Assembly (NCBI GenBank): GCA_964291405.2 | Contig: OZ219926.1 | Span: 1,696,001-1,760,000, forward strand | Source: Thermodesulfobacteriota bacterium | GTDB lineage: Bacteria; Desulfobacterota; Binatia; Bin18 | Direction: 5' to 3' | Length of the DNA: 64,000 bases | Part shown: positions 40,254 through 49,755 of the stretch, in pieces | How positions within the stretch are numbered: the first letter of the stretch is position 1 | How the letters are laid out: each line of letters begins with the position of its first letter | Program-made: the position numbers and the translations under genes | Notes under the pieces: model-generated | The model's input: only the letters and a program-made list of their open reading frames with translations | Told to the model about the DNA's origin: nothing | Databases searched by the model: none

Positions 40254-40352
40254 GGACAGACAGAAGTATCGAGCCAAATACTTCGGCGGGGCAATACGGG
40301 GCATCTCGACTCACATGAGGGCAATGACATTGCACGACATAAGGAGGTTGGG

Positions 40353-41792
40353 ATGAAACGTTTATTCGCTTTGGGATCACTCGCGACGCTGGGCATCGGG
40401 CTGATGGCACCGCTCGCCTTTGCCGAGGACGCGCCACAGTACAAGGATTACGCCGAATTTGCCGCTTCACAGGGCTTTGCCCTGTTTACCGCCCATAATT
40501 TATGGATGATGATCGCCGCGGCCCTGGTGTTCGTCATGCATCTGGGCTTTGCCTCCCTCGAATCCGGTCTGACCCAGTCCAAGAACACGGTCAATATTCT
40601 CTTTAAGAACACCTTTGTCATCTGCATTGGCTTGCTGACCTATGCGTTGTGCGGCTTCAACCTGATGTATCCCGGATTTGCGGAGGATTCTGCCGGTTGG
40701 CTGGCCTTTGCCGGGTTTGGCGTTGAGGTGGCGGACGAAGTAGCCTCACAGACCAGTCTGTACAGTGAGGGCTATACCTATTGGACCGACTTTCTCTTTC
40801 AGGCCATGTTTGCGGCAACCGCAGCAACCATTGTCTCCGGCGCGGTTGCAGAGCGTATAAAATTGTCCTCTTTCATGGTTTTTGCGGCCATTTTTGTCGC
40901 CGTTTCGTATCCCATCACCGGCAGTTGGAAATGGGGTGCCGGCTGGCTGGACATGATGGAAACGCCCTTTTATGACTTTGCCGGCTCAACCATTGTCCAC
41001 TCGGTGGGTGGCTGGGGAGCCTTGGCCGGAGCCATACTGCTGGGGCCCCGGATGGGGAAATACATGGAAGACGGCCGTATTCGGCCCATCTTGCCCAGCA
41101 ATATGCCACTAGCCGCCATCGGCGTCTTCCTGCTGTGGCTGGGTTGGTTCGGATTTAATGGCGGCTCCGTCCTTTCGGGTGACCCCAATCTCGTGTCCTT
41201 AACCCTGGTCACCACCTGTATTGCCGCCGCAGCCGGCGGGATTGGAGCGATGTTCACCTCCTGGGTCATCCTCCAAAAACCAGATCTGTCCATGGCTTTA
41301 AACGGCATTCTGGCCGGATTGGTCGGCATCACTGCCGGCGCCGATCAAATGGCGGCCATGTCAGCCACGCTGATTGGGCTGATTGCCGGTGCGATTGTTG
41401 TCGGCTCGGTCCTGTTCTTTGACAAGGTAAAGATCGACGATCCGGTTGGGGCCATCTCTGTCCACCTCGTGTGTGGTATCTGGGGAACTCTGGCGGTCGG
41501 CATTTTCGGCAACTTGGCCGGTGGTGCGCAGCTCGTCAGTCAGATCGTCGGTATCGTGGCCATTGGCATCTTTACTTTTGCGTTTGCCTTTATCCTTTTC
41601 AGCATCATCAAGGCGACCATGGGGCTCCGGGTCTCGCCGGACGAAGAGTCCGAGGGCCTGGATGTTGGTGAACATGGTAACGTGGCCTACGGCTCCTCGC
41701 AGATGTTCTCCCCCGGCTCAACCCTGGGGATGAGCAGCCAGCGCTCAATGCGGGCGGAACCCGTTCCGCGTCTCAGCACCGAGGAAGCCTAA
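40353..41792 (+). CDS. amtB: Ammonium transporter
   Basis: FQAMFAATAATIVSGAVAER, DFAGSTIVH, WFGFNGGS, DDPVGAISVH; AAGGAGG RBS. Confidence 0.96.
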   Translation: MKRLFALGSLATLGIGLMAPLAFAEDAPQYKDYAEFAASQGFALFTAHNLWMMIAAALVFVMHLGFASLESGLTQSKNTVNILFKNTFVICIGLLTYALCGFNLMYPGFAEDSAGWLAFAGFGVEVADEVASQTSLYSEGYTYWTDFLFQAMFAATAATIVSGAVAERIKLSSFMVFAAIFVAVSYPITGSWKWGAGWLDMMETPFYDFAGSTIVHSVGGWGALAGAILLGPRMGKYMEDGRIRPILPSNMPLAAIGVFLLWLGWFGFNGGSVLSGDPNLVSLTLVTTCIAAAAGGIGAMFTSWVILQKPDLSMALNGILAGLVGITAGADQMAAMSATLIGLIAGAIVVGSVLFFDKVKIDDPVGAISVHLVCGIWGTLAVGIFGNLAGGAQLVSQIVGIVAIGIFTFAFAFILFSIIKATMGLRVSPDEESEGLDVGEHGNVAYGSSQMFSPGSTLGMSSQRSMRAEPVPRLSTEEA

Positions 41793-41799
41793 TCAGAAA

Positions 41800-41826
41800 A
41801 GCCGGGCGGGAGCTTCCCGCCCGGCT
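41800..41826. terminator. GC-rich hairpin after amtB
   Basis: AGCCGGGCGGGA-GCT-TCCCGCCCGGCT; A-run on the left side only, so the U-tail is weak on +. Confidence 0.6.
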
Positions 41827-41965
41827 CCACTCCAATCAATCCTGTGGGGATATGGATTGCACACTCGGTCCCATTGGGAGCGGCGCTATGACACAAGTGA
41901 TTCGGTCCGACGTTTCGATACAGTCACTCTCGCTTCTCGCTTGAGACCCTCCACTGAGCATTACG

Positions 41966-43192
41966 ATGGATACGCTCCAGGGACATCTCGAAGAACGGCT
42001 CGAAGCGCTATTCACCATTGGAGCTGAAATCTCATCAACCTTGCAATTGGAAGAGGTGCTGCAGCGTATTGTTGCCCAGGCCCGGCGCCTTATGGCCGTG
42101 CGCGTATCCTCTATCCTCCTGCTCGACCCCGAAGAGGGCACCCTCCGCCCGGCCGCCACCGAGGGCGCGAGTGAGGCATATCTTGCCCAGCCAGCGCGTG
42201 AGGTGGCCACCAGTCTGACCGGGGAAGTGATTCAGACCGGCCGGCCGCTGTACACGCCTGACGTCCGCAAGGAAACCCGCTACCGCGTGGCGGACCTGGC
42301 CCGCCGTGAAGGACTGTGTTCCCTCTTATCCGTGCCACTCCGGGCCAGAACCGCCATTATCGGTGTCCTGAATGTCTATACGACCGAACCACGCTGCTTT
42401 GAGGACAGTGATGTCCGTCTCCTGACCTTGCTGGCCAGTCAATCCGCCATTGCCATAGAAAATGCGACCCTCCATCGGGATGAAATGCAAGCCAGGGAAC
42501 AACTCCGCCAGTCTGAGAAATTGGCCGCGCTGGGCAAGTTGTCCGCGGGGCTGGCTCATGAGCTGCGCAACCCGCTGAATACCGTTCTCATGCTGATCTA
42601 CGCCATGTCACAGGACCAGGTCCAAGACTATCCGCGGGATCGGACAACGACCAACGGCTTTTCGGACGATCTCCGTATCGTCCAGGGTGAGTTGCAACGC
42701 ATCAAACTCTTACTGGATCAGTTTCTGGACTTCGCCCGTCCGCGCCCCCCCCATTTTCAACGCGAACGACTCCAGGAGATCATGGAAGAAACCCTGCTGT
42801 TGATCGGCCCGGAAGCGCGCGTGCGAGGGATCGTCATCCGTAAAGATTGGGCGAACAACCTCCCCCTGGCCTGGGTTGACGGGACCCAGATCAAGCAGGT
42901 GTTCCTGAACCTCTTACTCAATGCGATTCAGGCCATGCCGCACGGCGGGACGCTGACCGTTCACATCGGCGTCGGGGGCGGCAGCCTGCAGGTCACCATT
43001 GCCGACCAGGGAGCCGGCATCTCGCCCGAAGTGCGGACTCAACTCTTTGACCCGTTTTTTACGACCAAGGAAGACGGCACCGGCCTGGGGCTGTCCATAT
43101 CGCAACGCATTATTGAAGGTCATAACGGCCGACTACGCCTCTTCTCTCAGCCAGGGGCCGGAACAACGGTGTGTATCCGACTCCCCCTCTAG
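41966..43192 (+). CDS. GAF-domain sensor histidine kinase
   Basis: GAF (SLLSVPL, GVLNV), LAHELRNPL H-box, NLLLNA, DQGAG, PFFTTK, GTGLGL. Confidence 0.93.
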   Translation: MDTLQGHLEERLEALFTIGAEISSTLQLEEVLQRIVAQARRLMAVRVSSILLLDPEEGTLRPAATEGASEAYLAQPAREVATSLTGEVIQTGRPLYTPDVRKETRYRVADLARREGLCSLLSVPLRARTAIIGVLNVYTTEPRCFEDSDVRLLTLLASQSAIAIENATLHRDEMQAREQLRQSEKLAALGKLSAGLAHELRNPLNTVLMLIYAMSQDQVQDYPRDRTTTNGFSDDLRIVQGELQRIKLLLDQFLDFARPRPPHFQRERLQEIMEETLLLIGPEARVRGIVIRKDWANNLPLAWVDGTQIKQVFLNLLLNAIQAMPHGGTLTVHIGVGGGSLQVTIADQGAGISPEVRTQLFDPFFTTKEDGTGLGLSISQRIIEGHNGRLRLFSQPGAGTTVCIRLPL

Positions 43193-43196
43193 CCCT

Positions 43197-44597
43197 ATGG
43201 AGAAAATTCTTATTGTCGATGATGAACGGAACGTTCACTATTCTTTTCGGCGCGTCCTGGGTCGTGAATACGAACTGCTGTCGGCATTCTCCGGCAACGA
43301 AGCACTGGGAAAAATAGACGATCCGGCCCTACGCCTCATCCTCATGGATGTCCGCATGCCCAACCGCGACGGACTCTCTACCCTCGAAGAGATCAAGCGC
43401 CGCCGGCCGGCCTTGCCCGTCATCATGATGACGGCTTTTGTTTCAGCCGAAACGGCCATCCGGTCCACCACGCTGGACGCGGACGACTATCTGGTCAAAC
43501 CGTTTGATGTCGAAACCCTCAAACAATTAATCATCCGCACCCTCCAAAAACACCCCTCCGCAGAGGAGCCCGCCTCTCCCCCGGACGAAGCGCGGCCAGA
43601 ACCTCTTTCGCCCGAGGCCGTACCCATGTTGGGAAACAGCCAAGCCATGCAGGAAGTGTATAAAATTATCGGAAAAAGCGCGGCGCGTGATATTACGATT
43701 TTGATTACCGGCGAGAGCGGGACGGGCAAAGAGCTGGTTGCCCACGCCCTGCATACCTACTCGCAACGCAGCAACGGGCCATTCCTGGCCATTAATTGTG
43801 CGGCCATCCCAGACTCCCTGCTGGAAAGCGAACTCTTTGGCCATGAGCGCGGCGCCTTTTCCGGGGCAGTCGAGTCACGCCCCGGAAAATTTGAGCTTGC
43901 TCACGGCGGCACCCTCTTCCTGGACGAAATCGGGGACATGCCCCCTCTCCTCCAGGCCAAACTCCTCCGCGTGTTGCAAGAACGCGAGATCTACCGGCTG
44001 GGAGGGCGGCGTTCACGGCAGATCAATGTGCGCATTATTGCGGCGACCAACCAAGCCCTCGAAACGCTGCTTCAAGATGGACGGTTTCGTGAAGATTTAT
44101 ACTATCGCCTCAATGTCGTGCGGATTAATCTACCGCCGCTACGGGAGCGCGGTGAAGACATCCTCCTCATAGCCAAGCACCTCCTGCAACTCCACACCCA
44201 GGATAATAAAAACGGCCCGCAAGAGTTTTCTCCAGCCGCGTGTGAGAAACTCCTCGCCTACTCCTGGCCTGGGAATGTCCGTGAGCTTGAGAACATTATT
44301 GCACAGACGGTGTTATACTCACGTGGCCCGGTCATCACCGAAGAAGACCTCACCCTGCCCGCCAGTAGCGCTCCGGCGGCCTCCGTCTCCCCACCACCCA
44401 ACGTCGAAGCCGCCCTGAACGCAACCCTGGAAGAGCTGTTTGCCCAGCACGCAGGCAATGTCCTTGCGCGTTCCGAGCAGCTTGTTGTGGGCAAAGCACT
44501 TGAACTCTCTCGCTATAATCAGGTCCAGGCCGCCCGGCTGTTGGGCGTGAGTCGCAATGTCCTGCGGGAGCGGATGAAGCGCTATAATTTACTGTAA
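43197..44597 (+). CDS. Sigma54-dependent response regulator (NtrC family)
   Basis: REC domain, GESGTGKE, GAFSGA, LFLDEIG, WPGNVREL, Fis-type HTH. Confidence 0.94.
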   Translation: MEKILIVDDERNVHYSFRRVLGREYELLSAFSGNEALGKIDDPALRLILMDVRMPNRDGLSTLEEIKRRRPALPVIMMTAFVSAETAIRSTTLDADDYLVKPFDVETLKQLIIRTLQKHPSAEEPASPPDEARPEPLSPEAVPMLGNSQAMQEVYKIIGKSAARDITILITGESGTGKELVAHALHTYSQRSNGPFLAINCAAIPDSLLESELFGHERGAFSGAVESRPGKFELAHGGTLFLDEIGDMPPLLQAKLLRVLQEREIYRLGGRRSRQINVRIIAATNQALETLLQDGRFREDLYYRLNVVRINLPPLRERGEDILLIAKHLLQLHTQDNKNGPQEFSPAACEKLLAYSWPGNVRELENIIAQTVLYSRGPVITEEDLTLPASSAPAASVSPPPNVEAALNATLEELFAQHAGNVLARSEQLVVGKALELSRYNQVQAARLLGVSRNVLRERMKRYNLL

Positions 44598-44639
44598 AAT
44601 GGTGCAGTAGCGCCCAGGCGTTGTCGAGTCCGTCACAGA

Positions 44640-46385
44640 CTAGGCCTGCCGCTGCGGCACAACCTGAGCGTCCTCCGACTGTAACACGTCGTACAGGCGC
44701 AGCCACAGCTCTGCTGCATCCTCGGCCCGCACCAGGCTCTGCCGCACCTCTTCCGCGCTCATAGTCCGGGCTATGGCCGCGAGAATCTGCAACTGCGCCC
44801 CCTCGTCCTGAACGGGCGTGAGCAGCAGAAAGACTAACTGCACGGGCAACCCATCCGGGGCGTCCCAATCGACCCCGGCCGGTGAACGTCCGCAGGTAAG
44901 TACGGGTTTTGAGAGCGCTGCCAGACGGGCATGCGGGATGGCAATCCCACTGCCGACGCCCGTCCCCATCAGCTCTTCCCGAGCAAGCACTTCGGCAAAC
45001 ACACTCTCATGGTCCAAGGTGGGGTTGTGTTCCGCTATTTCCTGGCAGAGTTCCTGGATGACCGCCCGGCGCGTCAGACCCGTCAGGTTCGGAATCAGGG
45101 CTCGGCGCACGAACAACTCGGTGATATGCATGGCCGGCCGGCGTCGAATGGACCACATGAGCCAGGGGCCGACAATCAGAGAGGAGATAATCGCCGAGAG
45201 GACAATAGACACGAAAACCGGAATGGTGATGATCTGGTACTCCACCGCCACGGCGGCAACCACAATGCCGGTCACGCCACTAGGAGTAAAAGCAATACCG
45301 ATGGAAACCCGGTCCACAGCAGACAGCCCGGCCTGTTGCGCTCCCAGCCACGCACCAAAATACTTCCCGGCGATTGAGACGACGGTCACAAAAAGGACGA
45401 GAAAAACATCAAACTGCGCAAAGAAGTCTATTTGGATGGCGATCGTCGCAAAGTAGAGCGGCACGAAAATCGCGTGGACCATCTGGGTGAGGATCTGCCG
45501 CACCCGTTCGGAAAGCGCCCCGGCGTCTCCAGCCATGATGCCCGCCAGAAAAAATCCGAGCAGGCCGGTCAGCCCGACCCACTGGGTGACAACCCCGCAC
45601 AGCAGCCCCAGGCAGCACACAAAGGTCAGGACCACGCCAGGCTGGTGCGGCAGGCGGGTGACCAAGCCGGTCAGCGCTCGGTCAACCAGGCGCAGCCCTA
45701 GCGAGAGACAAAAGGCGGTAAAGCCGACCGCGGTCGCCAGCAGCAGCAGGACCGAACCAACACTCAGCGTAGCCGCCGCGGCGGTCGCAAAGACGAGGCT
45801 GAGAATCACCCAGGCCAAAATATCGTTCACCGCATAGCCGCACAGGGTTAAGAGCCCCAGATCACTCTTGACCAAATCCAGGTCGTGCAACACGCGGGCG
45901 ATAATGACCATGGCACTGATAGCCATGGTGGTGCCTAAAAACAGGGCGAAGGTCAGCCGTTGGTCGGGGGTGGCGAGATAGGCGTCGGGCAGCAACAGCG
46001 ATAAGAGAGACCCAACGGCCAGGGGAACGATAACGCCAATAATACCAATACGGAGGGCCGGGCCGCGCTGCTGCCAGGCCGCAGACACATCGATTTCAAG
46101 GCCCGTCTCAAGCAGGAGCAGGAGTACACCAAACCAGGAAACGGTTTCCAGCATGGTGTATTGAATCGGGTCTGGCGGGAACAAGGTCTGGTACAGTTCG
46201 GGAGAGAGGCGGCCGAGCAGTGTTGGGCCAAGGAGCAGACCGACCAGGATTTCTCCGACAACGGGCGGATGGCCCCAATGACGCAAGACCTCGCCAAACC
46301 CGCGGGCCATCACCAGCAGCAGCAGGATCTGAAGCAGAAAAACCAGAAAATGGTGTTCACTCAGATAATGTCCATGCGGCAGCAT
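44640..46385 (-). CDS. Cation:proton antiporter fused to a PTS EIIA (Ntr/Fru-type) domain (start could be 46445)
   Basis: GEILVGLLLGPT, GLE, ND, FVPLYF TM motifs; C-terminal REELMGTGVGSGIAIPHAR, DWDAPDG. Confidence 0.9.
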   Translation of the reverse strand: MLPHGHYLSEHHFLVFLLQILLLLVMARGFGEVLRHWGHPPVVGEILVGLLLGPTLLGRLSPELYQTLFPPDPIQYTMLETVSWFGVLLLLLETGLEIDVSAAWQQRGPALRIGIIGVIVPLAVGSLLSLLLPDAYLATPDQRLTFALFLGTTMAISAMVIIARVLHDLDLVKSDLGLLTLCGYAVNDILAWVILSLVFATAAAATLSVGSVLLLLATAVGFTAFCLSLGLRLVDRALTGLVTRLPHQPGVVLTFVCCLGLLCGVVTQWVGLTGLLGFFLAGIMAGDAGALSERVRQILTQMVHAIFVPLYFATIAIQIDFFAQFDVFLVLFVTVVSIAGKYFGAWLGAQQAGLSAVDRVSIGIAFTPSGVTGIVVAAVAVEYQIITIPVFVSIVLSAIISSLIVGPWLMWSIRRRPAMHITELFVRRALIPNLTGLTRRAVIQELCQEIAEHNPTLDHESVFAEVLAREELMGTGVGSGIAIPHARLAALSKPVLTCGRSPAGVDWDAPDGLPVQLVFLLLTPVQDEGAQLQILAAIARTMSAEEVRQSLVRAEDAAELWLRLYDVLQSEDAQVVPQRQA

Positions 46386-46564
46386 ATGCGTATGACCAGT
46401 AGAGGATTCGCGTCTGCGTATGCCTTCTTTATCCGGTGAGACCACACAAAGTCAAAAGCGTATCCAGATACCCGTCAAACCTTGGGAAAAACGCAACCGT
46501 CGAACGCGACTGTAGCAGGAGGAGCACTGACCTGTTGTCTCAGCAGCAGGCAGCACCCCACGCG

Positions 46565-46581
46565 TGCTGCAAAGATGGGCA
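46565..46581. promoter_or_regulatory. NtrC-type enhancer box
   Basis: TGCTGC-AAAGA-TGGGCA, same arms as 38396-38412; weaker box at 46536-46552. Confidence 0.6.
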
Positions 46582-46630
46582 CGGTATACCGATCGTACTG
46601 AAAAATAAGGCCTTTCTTTGTCTTTCGGTT

Positions 46631-46646
46631 TGGCATACTTCCTGCA
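46631..46646 (+). promoter_or_regulatory. Sigma54 promoter in front of the candidate sRNA
   Basis: TGGCATACTTCCTGCA (GG-N10-GC). Confidence 0.7.
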
Positions 46647-46657
46647 TCTATTCTCTA

Positions 46658-46777
46658 GCTGTGAGTCAGAGCTCTTCATAGAGCTTGCTGAAGAGAGCTG
46701 CCCTTCCTTCCGCTCTCTTCTAGTCTGCCCTGGGGGCGGTCGTCCCTCCGGCCGCCCCTGCCCCCCCTCTCTTTTTC
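46658..46777 (+). ncRNA. Candidate sigma54-dependent small RNA or attenuated leader
   Basis: 5' hairpin CTCTTCA/TGAAGAG, CU-rich linker, GGGGCGGTCG/CGGCCGCCCC hairpin, then CTCTCTTTTT. Confidence 0.45.
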
Positions 46778-46843
46778 AACCTGACCATTCCCTTTGCTAC
46801 TTACTTTTTTTCCCGCTTCTCTGTATCCTAGCTTCCTTGTGTT

Positions 46844-46859
46844 TGGCTCTAGCATTGCT
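46844..46859 (+). promoter_or_regulatory. Sigma54 promoter of the AlgE-type porin gene
   Basis: TGGCTCTAGCATTGCT (GG-N10-GC). Confidence 0.65.
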
Positions 46860-46910
46860 TAGCCTGTTCTATAGAAACGCTAGGCAAAGCGTATGGACGA
46901 GGAGGAGAGA

Positions 46911-48437
46911 ATGATCCAAGGCCGCAGCATTTCCACAGGATGCGCCAGGACGACCTATCAGCAGCTCGCTGCTTTCATCCAACAAGGAAGTCTCCTGCTG
47001 CTCGCCCTGTGCCTCCTGACTGTATGTCCGACCCCGCTTCGGGCGGAAGTCCCGGTCAGCCAGATTTCTCCGAAGCTGTCGGTTTTTGCGAGCCTACGCA
47101 CGCGGGGCGAATTCTGGGACTGGTTTGAGGGCACCTCGGGCGATTCGTCGTATGCCTATGCAGCCACCGTAGCCAAGCTGGGTCTAAAATGGCAGCAGGA
47201 CCTGTTCGACCTGCATCTTGAAGCGCAGAACACGGCCCTGATGGGCCTGCCCGATGACGCCAGCGCGCCTGCCCCGCAGGGGTCTTTTGGCCTTGGTCCC
47301 GTCTATCTGTCCCATAATCGCCGTCAGAACGACGCCAGCGTATTTCTCAAACAGGCTCACCTGACCCTGAAACAGCTCGGTATCCCCGGCCTTCGTTTGA
47401 GGGGCGGACGGCACTCGATCGCCGGCGGCGCGGAGGTGATGAGCAAGGATCCGACTATCGACTGGATCAAACGGATGCGGGTCTCCCAGCGTCTGCTCGG
47501 CCCTTTCGGCTGGTCCCATGTCGGACGTTCGTATGACGGCTTTACCCTGAGCTGGACCAGGGGCGCCTATAATTTTACGCTGCACGGCTCTCATCCGACC
47601 CAGGCCGGTTTTGACCTGGCCGGCAACAAGACCATTGACGATATCGACATCCTGTACGCCGGTTTCAACCTGACCCGACCCGAGTTCGCCAAGCTGACCG
47701 ACGCGCGGCTGTTTTATATCTACTACGCCGACGGGCGGAACCTGCGGCCTACCGATAACCGCCCGGCCGCAGAACGCAGCCGCCGACACCTGGCCATCAA
47801 CATGGGTGGCGGCAACCTGATTCAGGTCGTGCCGACCGGGGCCGGTCCGATTGACCTGATGGGCTGGGGTGTGGTGCAAGGCGGTGACTGGGGCCGGCAA
47901 GATCATCACGGCTGGGCATTTGCCGTCGAGGCCGGCTGGCAACCCAAGGGATTACCGTGGAACCCCTGGTTCCGGATTGGTTATAACCGGAGTTCGGGCG
48001 ACGACGACCCCAACGACGGCGACCACGACACCTTTTTTCAGATGCTGCCGACCGCCCGGGTCTATTCGTTTTCCACCTTCTACAACCTGATGAATAACGA
48101 AGACATCTTCTTCCAACTCATCCTGCGTCCGCTCGAAGGGTTGGTCTGGCGCACGGACTTTCACTATATCCGCGTCAGCGAGAAGAATGACCTGTGGTAC
48201 CAGGGCGCAGGTGCCACCCTTGAAGACCGTCAGGCCGGTTTCGGCTTTGTCGGCCGCCCGACCTTTGGCAAGCGCGACCTGTTTCAGATTATCGAAACGA
48301 GTCTCAGCTACAACCTGAACAAACACATCAACGTCAACGTCTTTTTTGCCCACGTCTTTGGCGACAGCATCGTGGATCAAATCTATCCCGACGATAGCGC
48401 CAATTTCGGCTATATCGAAACGACACTCAAGTTTTAG
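46911..48437 (+). CDS. Alginate-export (AlgE) family outer-membrane porin
   Basis: Signal peptide, RTRGEFWDWF, GRSYDG, SSGDDDPNDGDHDTF, terminal Phe; GAGGAGG RBS. Confidence 0.85.
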   Translation: MIQGRSISTGCARTTYQQLAAFIQQGSLLLLALCLLTVCPTPLRAEVPVSQISPKLSVFASLRTRGEFWDWFEGTSGDSSYAYAATVAKLGLKWQQDLFDLHLEAQNTALMGLPDDASAPAPQGSFGLGPVYLSHNRRQNDASVFLKQAHLTLKQLGIPGLRLRGGRHSIAGGAEVMSKDPTIDWIKRMRVSQRLLGPFGWSHVGRSYDGFTLSWTRGAYNFTLHGSHPTQAGFDLAGNKTIDDIDILYAGFNLTRPEFAKLTDARLFYIYYADGRNLRPTDNRPAAERSRRHLAINMGGGNLIQVVPTGAGPIDLMGWGVVQGGDWGRQDHHGWAFAVEAGWQPKGLPWNPWFRIGYNRSSGDDDPNDGDHDTFFQMLPTARVYSFSTFYNLMNNEDIFFQLILRPLEGLVWRTDFHYIRVSEKNDLWYQGAGATLEDRQAGFGFVGRPTFGKRDLFQIIETSLSYNLNKHINVNVFFAHVFGDSIVDQIYPDDSANFGYIETTLKF

Positions 48438-48531
48438 TCTTTTCACGTATCCCCATCAGCATCGAGTTCCCGGCAGATCAGGTCGCCTGTTGCTCTGCCT
48501 GCGGAGGGACCCACGACACGATGAGGTCAGT

Positions 48532-49635
48532 ATGCGTATCCGACGAATTGGCGTGTTAACCGGAGGAGGCGATGCCCCAGGCTTGAACCCCGCCCTCAAG
48601 GCGATTGTGTATCGTGCGACAGCCCATGACGTGGAGGTGATGGGCCTGCCCGATGGCTGGCACGGTTTACTCGACGCCGGAATCGACGAGGCCGTCCGGC
48701 TGGAGGATTACCAGGTCCGGCGCTGGGACCGTGATGGGGGCACTAATCTGGGTTCGTCTCGCACCAACCCGTTTCGCGTGTCCATGCCGGGCGAGGCGAG
48801 TTCGCACGATCGGTCGGACGAAGTCATGACCAATATCGTCCGGCTTGGTCTTGATGCCGTGATCGCTCTGGGCGGAGAAGACACCTTGGGCGTGGCGCAC
48901 CGACTGAGTGAAAAGGGCTGCCCGGTGGTGGGCATTCCGAAAACGATTGACAAAGACCTCAGCCACACCGACTACACCCTGGGGTTTGATACCGCGCTAC
49001 GCAACTGCACCACTGTCATCGAGCAGGCGCGCACTCCGGCCGGCTCGCACCACTGGGTGCAGGTGGTCGAGGTTATGGGCCGACATGCCGGTCATCTGGC
49101 CCTGTGGAGCGCGGTCGCCGGAGGCGCGACCCTGGTCCTTATCCCCGAGCATCCCTTTGCCTACGAGCGGGTCTATGCATTGCTGGCCCAACGGCTCGCA
49201 CGGGGTAAGCAGGACCGGCGCTACCCCCGCTATGCGGTAATTGTGGCGGCCGAAGGCGCACACGCCAGCGAGGAAGAAGTGGTGACCCTGGACGCCAGCC
49301 GGGATGCGTTCGGGCATGAGCGCCTGGGCGGTATCGGGAGTCAACTCGCCCAGCGCATTCGCCACGACACACCTTTTGATTCACGCGAGCTGGTGATCGG
49401 CCATAGCCAGCGCGGCGGCAGTCCGTCTGCGCTGGACCGGATTATGGGACGAGTGTTTGGCTCCGCCGCGGTCGAAGCCGTGCTGCGCGGCGACTGGGGA
49501 CAGATGGTCAGTGCCCAGGGCCTTGGCCCGACCTGCCAACTCCGCATGGTCCCCCTCAGTCAAGCCGTCAGTGGGCTCAATACCGTAGACCTGGAGCGTT
49601 TGTACGATACCGACCGCTATACCGCAAAAGTATAG
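48532..49635 (+). CDS. pfkA: Phosphofructokinase family A, PPi-dependent type signature
   Basis: TGGGDAPGLN, GGTNLGSSR, GGEDT, PKTIDKD, EVMGRHAG, GHSQRGG. Confidence 0.9.
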   Translation: MRIRRIGVLTGGGDAPGLNPALKAIVYRATAHDVEVMGLPDGWHGLLDAGIDEAVRLEDYQVRRWDRDGGTNLGSSRTNPFRVSMPGEASSHDRSDEVMTNIVRLGLDAVIALGGEDTLGVAHRLSEKGCPVVGIPKTIDKDLSHTDYTLGFDTALRNCTTVIEQARTPAGSHHWVQVVEVMGRHAGHLALWSAVAGGATLVLIPEHPFAYERVYALLAQRLARGKQDRRYPRYAVIVAAEGAHASEEEVVTLDASRDAFGHERLGGIGSQLAQRIRHDTPFDSRELVIGHSQRGGSPSALDRIMGRVFGSAAVEAVLRGDWGQMVSAQGLGPTCQLRMVPLSQAVSGLNTVDLERLYDTDRYTAKV

Positions 49636-49755
49636 TGACCTTCCAGGTTGCCAGGCCGCAAAGAGTGAACGTGTCCTCCCATAGACAAGAGATGCTGGAC
49701 ACGTTTACTCTTTGTCCACATACGATAATGGGCAATCGGATGAGGAGGACGGGCT

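Noticed and set aside
48440-48531. Possible ANTAR or riboswitch structure between the porin and pfk
   Set aside because: A stem can be drawn, but there is no twin hexaloop motif or terminator, and no ANTAR protein in the window
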